A stretch of 53,168 nucleotides of DNA. Source: Dicyema japonicum. Taxonomy: Eukaryota > Animalia > Dicyemida. This document shows, one piece after another, positions 46,017 to 53,168 of the stretch. A program made the translations under genes and the position numbers. The DNA is taken from assembly GCA_011109175.1 (NCBI GenBank), contig RDEW01000008.1:1209892-1263059 (forward strand). Direction: 5' to 3'. The notes beneath the pieces are model-generated. The model saw only the letters and a program-made list of their open reading frames with translations. It had not been told where the DNA came from and did not search any database. Positions within the stretch are counted from its first letter, which is position 1. Each line of letters begins with the position of its first letter.

Positions 46017-48520
46017 ATGTCTTCAACACACCCTGGAGAAATCTCACTTGCGACATTCAATGTTAAAGGAATATCCTCTTCTCCTCGAAGAACTCAGCTG
46101 ACCAAGGATCTCGTCTGTTATGGAGTCATAGTCGCTTGTCTCCAAGAGACTAAGCTAAACAGATATCTGGACTAAGTAGTGGGAACATACTGGTTAATCT
46201 TCCTAAACCTTACAACCATATAGATTACATAATCTGTTCCCATAATCATAAATGTACATTAATGGTCTCACGCTCTTTCAGTGGCACACTTCTATATAGT
46301 GACCATAAAGCTGTCGTCTTTTGATTTAAAATACAATTAACTCATAATTTGACCATGAAAGTGAGAAATATTTAGTGGCCGCGGGAAATTTAATTTCGAA
46401 CAATGGCACCAAAGAGATTCACTGAGAAGGTCGATTCATTTGTTTCAAAATTGAATGCTGAAATTTGCTGGACCTTAGTCTCAATCGGAATTAGAAACAT
46501 TGCACGGTCAATGTTCCATGATATCTCAAGAAAACCAGCATCGGCTTGTTTGTATGACAAATAAATTGATATTTTATTTTTTTAAAGCCTTTTCACGAGA
46601 GCCATAGTATTTATAGCTCCGCATAGGCAGGACACACACTTTATTTAAGTAAAGAACAGTTAATTTTAACTTATCGTAAAACCAAGGAATGATCTTCACT
46701 TCTTTTTTTTCTTTTTCTTGTGTGAGTGTCNNNNNNNNNNNNNNNNNNNNNNNNNNNNNNNNNNNNNTAAAGCCTTTTCACGAGAGCCATAGTATTTATA
46801 GCTCCGCATAGGCAGGACACACACTTTATTTAAGTAAAGAACAGTTAATTTTAACTAATCGTAAAACCAAGGAATGATCTTCACTTCTTTTTTTCTTTTT
46901 CTTGTGTGAGTGTCATTTCTAAACAATCCAGTTCCCAGTGAGTATCCACTGATGACGGCGTCACTCGTCAAACCCTTTCTGCATCGAAAATGCGTGGAAC
47001 CTTTCACCAGGTGAACAGCAGCGAGATTCGAACCCGTAGCCTAAGCCACTTAAGCCCGACACCTAACCACTAAGCCACCCGGCTTGCGAACACAAAAAGA
47101 TTTAAGACTACGCAAAGAGAATACAAAATAAATATAATAAAAGATAATACTACAATATACAAGGAACTCTATTTTAAAGGATATGAAGACGAGGGTACGA
47201 TTACTTCATGAAAGAACACTTGAGGTGCACCCCAAAGAGGTTGACACCTTAACTATGACCCAAAAATGTTTAGAGCAATCCGACTGCTAAATGAGAAGGA
47301 CAGCCCTAAAGGTTTAATTCTTAACGACGACAATAAAAGGAAAATGTTTGAAAAAAAATAGATGACCGAAAAAATAGCTGATTACTTTGAATCCTTTTTC
47401 AAATGATGATAATGAGCTAAATCAGTGTGTCGGAGATCAGAGATATTTAAACCATCTCAATAACTCTAACTAAGAAACAAACTGCTTAGCAAAAACTGCC
47501 TAACGGAAAAAGTCCGGATATTGATGGTATAAACGTAGAACTTCTAAAATACTCACCACTCTCAATTACCCATATGTTTTGTAACATCTTTTGGAGTTCC
47601 ACATGGACAACGAGTCCTAATTCTCATAAAAAACGCGGGAAATCAGTTGGGTCAGTTGAAAATCTCAAATCCATAATTCTTCTAACGATTACACGAAAAG
47701 TACTGTGGCTAATTGTTCTTGATAGAGTTTTACCTACTGTAGAGAAGTTCTTGTAGGTTGACAAAGTGGTTTCAGAAGAGGGAGATATACGGAGGACACA
47801 TAGATGGGTGTGTGTCATGACTAAAAATTCAAGAAGGCAGTTTATATCATGGGGATTGATTTATCGAGAGCTTTTGATACTGTTCGTTTGGAAAGCTTAC
47901 ACGACTACTAGAAACGTTGGTAGACAAAGACAGTTTAATGATGATACGAGTTCTACTTTCAAACATGGAATTGGAAGTTCGGGAACTTATCACAATCAAA
48001 CGGGAATGCGAACTTACCGACACGATATGGAGGAGATCAAAAAATTTTGATTCTTTGCTTGGCGACCTAGAAGGCGTTCAACAAAAAAAACATGCTTTCG
48101 TTCTACCCCTACTGCTCTACGACTCGGGAACATGGGTCTAATCAGACAGGTGTTAATAACTTGAATGATTTCCACAGAAAACAACGTAGGACCTACTAGG
48201 AATACACTACTCAATGGTGATAAAAAATCAAGACTTATAAATAGCATGCAAATCCGAGAACATCGAAAAATTATTACCAAGATCTGCAGGGATTATTTGG
48301 ACACATACTACGGATGAATCATGTCGTGCCTGATATAATATAACGAAATCATACTTCCTCTGCTCAGGGGCTTTCAGAGGGAATCCACGAATAACTTTGA
48401 CATCAATAATGGACATCGATCTAAAACATGTTAAATTGGAATTAAAAGACCCAAATGATCTAAACATAATCTGAAAAATCGCAATCTCGAGAAGAGCTTG
48501 TAAGTGTCTAACATACCGGA
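46017..48520 (+). mobile_element. Degraded near-full-length RTE-like LINE (APE-RT), interrupted by a SINE
   Basis: ATFNVKG..CLQETK, DGINVELLKY, MGIDLSRAFDTV, LPLLLYDSGTW, LFGHILRM. Confidence 0.8.
46575..47085 (-). mobile_element. tRNA-derived SINE (part duplicated across the gap at 46731-46766)
   Basis: Pol III A box TGGCTTAGTGG and B box GGTTCGAATC (47025-47034) with no acceptor stem. A-rich tracts lie 3' of the head. Confidence 0.7.
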
Positions 48521-48640
48521 TCATCCGTGGGGTGGAAAAACCGACAAGAAGTTTTGTTAATGAATTCGAAAAATAATTATAGTCGATAAAGCATATAAAC
48601 TTAATAATTTTGAATAATTATCCAAGATTTTATTATTCAT

Positions 48641-49376
48641 TGTCGTATGTCATAAGAACCCGGGGCGTTGATACTGTCCGGGTTGAAGATACAAATTTAT
48701 CACTTGAAAACATTAACAACCACTAAGTTTTGTATCAAGAGAAACAAAATAAAGATAAGTTAAATCCCCAAGGAAAATAGAAAAGTAAAATCCCGAAGTA
48801 AAGTAGAGATGTTAAATCCCCAACAAAAAGAACCGAGATATAAGGTTACTTTGTAGGAAATCCGACAAGACAAGACAAATTTTATTTTCTAACAAACCCC
48901 AAAACTAATTACTGTAAAGAAACCAAAACCTGAACCAAAACTAANNNNNNNNNNNNNNNNNNNNNNNNNNNNNNNNNNNNNNNNNNNNNNNNNNNNNNNN
49001 NNNNNNNNNNNNNNNNNNNNNNNNNNNNNNNNNNNNNNNNNNNNNNNNNNNNNNNNNNNNNNNNNNNNNNNNNNNNNNNNNNNNNNNNNNNNNNNNNNNN
49101 NNNNNNNNNNNNNNNNNNNNNNNNNNNNNNNNNNNNNNNNNNNNNNNNNNNNNNNNNNNNNNNNNNNNNNNNNNNNNNNNNNNNNNNNNNNNNNNNNNNN
49201 NNNNNNNNNNNNNNNNTTAATCGCTTTATTGACTCAAAATAAAATTTTTTGTTTTTTGAGTGAACAAGGGACAGATCTCTCGAAGCAAAACTTAGTGGTT
49301 GTTAATGTTTTCAAGTGATAAATTTGTCTTATCAACCCGGACAGTATCAACAGCCCGGACGCTATCACATACGACA
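48641..49376. mobile_element. Non-autonomous TIR element (TGT..ACA, ~90-bp TIRs, 5-bp TSD TTCAT); interior partly an N gap
   Basis: ttcat|TGTCGTATG ... CATACGACA|ttcat, with long inverted identity. Confidence 0.85.
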
Positions 49377-50049
49377 TTCATTATTTAATAACTAAAGAAT
49401 TGGTTTAGAATTCTTTTATTTGTTTTCTGAGGGTATTCCAAAAACAGGGTGATATTTTCTCAGAATTGAGGTCGGATCATTTGACTTTTTAAGTCAATTA
49501 TTTCCTCTTTTAATTCGGCGCCGCATTTTAAAATTTTGCATTTAAATGTGTCTATCATCTGCTTCCCCTTTTCTCTTCCGAAACTGTCTGTCATCCAGGA
49601 ATCTGAACTACAACAGAATATGATGAGGACGGTAATCTGAAGCCATGAAAAATAAAAACCATCCTAGATACAAGATAACAGCATATTATTTCAGGAGAGC
49701 CATCTTGGATTCTTATCCAATTATATACACCAGACGACTTTTGGGGGAGTGATATCGAGATGTTTACTTAAAGTTCGATTGATGAAATTGAGGAAAGGAA
49801 AATCCAATGCATGACTGCATGAAGTATTTACTACAGAGTCTGAAAATGTGAGTTGGCCTGTCTCTAAGAGAGACGAATTAATTGAGGCAGATTTAACAAT
49901 TCACTTCTCTAACTTTTCTTAGTTTGACAAAAATTATCTTTATAAGCAGAAACAACCAAATTATACTACAATGTCGATTCCCATAAATTTCAACTGATTA
50001 TCATGAATTTTATACTTATAATACGATTCACGAAGCTTTACTGTTTGAT

Positions 50050-50420
50050 TAAAAAATCAATAATACCCTATTTGTAAACCTCACGAATGACTGTTTTGAT
50101 AATGGCATTCTTAACTGTAAAAATATCGTTCTCGACATTCATAATTGATTTTGTTGACTCCTCTATGTGAACAGCTGTGTAGGGATTTTGCCATGATCTC
50201 CATTTTAGTTTCATTATATAACTAATTTCGTATCTGAATTTGTAAATCAGAGATTCAACCCTTTGATAATGACAAATGTACAATTCCTCTCATTAATTAT
50301 ACTAAAATTATCTTCTTAAGTAGATTATATTTCCTTGCCTCGTGACATGTTCAGGGAATTTATTTTGCTAGGCGTCTTTCAAAATTTCATATTCCCAACT
50401 ATCTTTCACAAAACCGTTAC
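50050..50420 (-). mobile_element. Integrase Zn-binding domain remnant (Ginger/Gypsy-like)
   Basis: LHSCSHRGVNKINYECRERYF..IIKTVIRE. Confidence 0.45.
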
Positions 50421-50559
50421 AAAAATATAATGAAACATGTTAAAAATCTAAAAGTTTAGGGATTGTCACTATAAATATAATTCTAATAATCAAAGACATT
50501 TGATTTGACTAACACAAATTTATTCTTTTATTTAAAACTGCCATCCATCCAAAGTGGAC

Positions 50560-51160
50560 CTCGCCGACATTATCGACGTTGCGTTGCCTTTCACGATTGC
50601 AACAGAGATCAACTGGAGAAGCTACCGGATCTCACGTGCGTCGTGGCTTTTTAGTGTAGCTAAGCGTCCAAGTTTCTTTAGGAAGCGAAGCGATTTTCCA
50701 CTTATTCCTCCAGTTGGCTCGACCACTATCTTTCGGTGAAGAGATTCCCAGTCCTCCGAGGCACACGGGTAGGATCGCTTGGTCCCACCCTTGGTCGTCA
50801 AATTTCACATTTGTGATACGTTCAATAGTGGTCCGGAAGAGGGAATCGATAGCATCGAGCTATTGCATTTTCAAGTAGCAGGGTGCCCCCCGAAGAACGT
50901 AGTTCAGTTTCTGTGCTGATAAGGCGTTTCTCATGAGGAATAGGGAGGTGTGTGCGTTCAGCATCTCCAGACGTCTGAATGTTGTTTTTAGTTGATGTTC
51001 TTTTGTTCTTAGAATATACAATTTCACTTTTGCAATGTCATGATGGGTCTCCTGTATCTTTAGGAGAAATTCCTAACCTGTAGGGGATGAACTCTTGGGA
51101 ATACAACAGGTTATCCCTGATGAGCGACTGTCTTATTTGGCCCTCAGTTCTCTAAAAAAA
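50560..51160 (-). mobile_element. CRE-clade RT C-terminal fragment
   Basis: FLMRNALSAQKLNYVLRGAPC..NVKFDDQGWDQAILPVCLGGLGI. Confidence 0.8.
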
Positions 51161-51162
51161 AG

Positions 51163-52640
51163 TTGGAAAAAGTAGTTAGTTCTTTACCTCTGCGTCACAG
51201 CCCTATAAATGCTGGGGAAGTTGAAAATGCGGTAAAATGCACTAAAGACAATGCTCCTGGAAAGGACAAGATCGCTATTCGTTTATTCAAGGAAGCACCC
51301 AAGGTACTCTATGAATATATGGGATGTCTCTATACGTGCAGTATCAGGTTGGGTCATATACCTTCGCATTGGAAATTGACGGAGGTCAGGATGATACGTA
51401 AATCTGGGAAACCTGGGTACTTAACTACCAGTTATAGTCCCATAAGCCTCATACTAGCGATCTCAAGAGTTATGGAAAAAATTGTATTCAACAGACTTTC
51501 TGAAAATATAGAACGTAATGATATACTAAAAGAGCATCAGTGTGGTTTTCGAAAAAATCGGTCTTGTGGAGATTGTTTGTACAGTGTTAACGCGTCAATT
51601 GTGAAGGCTTTGGAAACTAAAGGATGTTTGACCGCAGTCTGCCTTGATATATCCAAAGCTTTCGACAGTGTGTGGCATCTTGGTCTTCTTATTTGTCTTG
51701 CGAAATGTGGTGTTGAAAAGGAACTCTATTTTTGGATACAAAGTTTGCTCTCGGATAGACGGTCAATTGTTAATTTTTTAAACTATGAATCTCGTAAAAT
51801 TTGGTTGAGAAGAGGTGTACCTCAGGGTTCAGTGCTCAGTCCTCTATTATTTAACATTGTAATGAGTGAATTGCCTTCCCCAGAAAACCCACGTACAGAA
51901 ATCTTGATATACACTGATGACGTCATAATTTATGATGTTTCTTTAAACCCTTTGGTATCTGAAAAACGATTGAAGACGTACATGGACCAGATCGAAGAGT
52001 GGTGTAATGAAAACTTCCTTTCGGTGGCACGTGAGAAGTCTGGTATGCTGAGGATAACTGGAAGCAGGAGGATGGCTAACCTAAAGAGCTTGTTACAAGA
52101 CATACCTCGGAAGAAGACTATGAAATACCTTGGCCTCCTAATTGACGAGGGAAATAATTTTATGGAACATGCTAAAATACGAAAGAAAAAAAGCTACGAA
52201 CGCTCTTTACTGCGTTAGAAAATTAAAGCTAGAGCCGGAGACCTTTGTTTATGTCTTCAACACTGCGATACTTCCTGCAATGTTATATGGTTTGAAGGAT
52301 GGTACGATTCGAAAAAGATAGACTCTACTTTCAAACAATTTGAGAAAACGCGAAATTTTGCTCTAAAGCTTGCTTACGGGATAAGTCCTCGTATGCCAAT
52401 TCCCCTATGGTTGGAAGAAAAAATGTGCAAGGTTGGCGGAACTATCGAAAATCTTATTCGAGGTTTCAAAAATCGCACTAAAGTATCTGGCACATATCTT
52501 TAGAGATGACCCTGTGTTTACGGATTTTTTTGGGGAGACTGTCGGGGTAGAAGTCGATTGGCATGCCCTACCGTTTCATATTACTTCCCCCATCACTTAA
52601 TTTACAGTGCTTTTTCTTTATAATAACTTACTCTATAAAT
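51163..52640 (+). mobile_element. Jockey/Nimb/I-like LINE: 351-aa RT ORF plus frameshifted 3' part
   Basis: APGKDKI, YSPISL, QCGFR, LDISKAFDSVWH, GVPQGSVLSP, YTDD, KYLGLLID. The 3' end carries ATCACTTAATT. Confidence 0.9.
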
Positions 52641-52839
52641 AATTTAAAATCATTTTTTTCAAAAAAATTAAACTCAATTAAACGTCATTAAACTTCAGGA
52701 CTCGATTTAAAATTCCGTGATTTATGTAGGTTAATGAATACTAAATAGGTGATAGCACCTCCCAAGATGAGTCCCCCTACAACATCAGAATAATGATGTT
52801 TATTCTTATTAACACGTGATGTTTATTCTAAAGCTAGAA

Positions 52840-53168
52840 TTGTGGATATCACACATCCAAAAAAAAAATTTACCCATTTTCCTAATATTGAAGATGAATT
52901 CGAAAAACTACTTGTTAGTAAAAATCATTATATCCAACTTCTCCGTTCATGGAAAGTGACATCGAAAATGTTTCAGAAGAATTTTGAAAGAATTTTGACG
53001 TTCATCCAAGAAAGATTTAAATAGAAATTAATATCTAAAAAATGACATCATTTTAAAAGTACATTCAAATGTCAACATGTGGAAATTTATGTCTCAGAAA
53101 AACATCTCATTTTGATTGATGCGTATCAACAAATTCTTTGGTGCGTCGGAAGCACGTATTTATCCGAA
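52840..53168 (+). mobile_element. hAT (Charlie/SPIN-like) transposase C-terminal remnant, running off the window
   Basis: PFMESDIENV..MWKFMSQK..GSTYLSE resembles the hAT dimerisation motif FGSTY.CE. Confidence 0.55.

Noticed and set aside
46945-47000. Hammerhead ribozyme (CTGATGA ... CGAAA) on the plus strand
   Set aside because: No G10.1-C11.1 pair, no stem III and no NUH cleavage triplet.
47015-47085. Functional tRNA gene
   Set aside because: A and B boxes are present but the acceptor stem does not pair, so it was called a SINE head.

Overview
AT-rich eukaryotic DNA, almost certainly from an animal, and mostly a graveyard of transposable elements. Non-LTR retrotransposons include CRE-clade fragments (about 9), R4/Dong-like elements (one intact 671-aa ORF), RTE-like, Ingi-like and Jockey/Nimb-like elements. 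DNA transposon remnants include hAT-Charlie, pogo, IS630/Tc1-like and Ginger-like families, and there is one tRNA-derived SINE. Host genes: two near-identical intronless galactose-3-O-sulfotransferase (GAL3ST-family) genes, plus two genes that the ORF track misses because they are cut by ultra-short 21-24 nt GT-AG introns. The first of these is a very divergent, probably non-catalytic beta-type proteasome subunit (32172-32809). The second is a complete 10-exon gene for a 491-aa protein of unknown function (38760-40435). Intron size plus the animal-type gene suggest a compact parasite genome such as a dicyemid; this is inference, not an identification. Other notable signals: a candidate HDV-like ribozyme fold and a 2A ribosome-skipping peptide in Ingi-like LINE 5' ends, a Tc1-like element with TIRs built from an asymmetrically expanded 21-bp minisatellite, and an intact R4-like element nested in a Ginger-like TIR element. 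Many tandem duplications flank single Ns or gaps and look like assembly or haplotype artefacts. All translations and alignments were done by eye with no database search, so family assignments and the ends of degraded elements are approximate.
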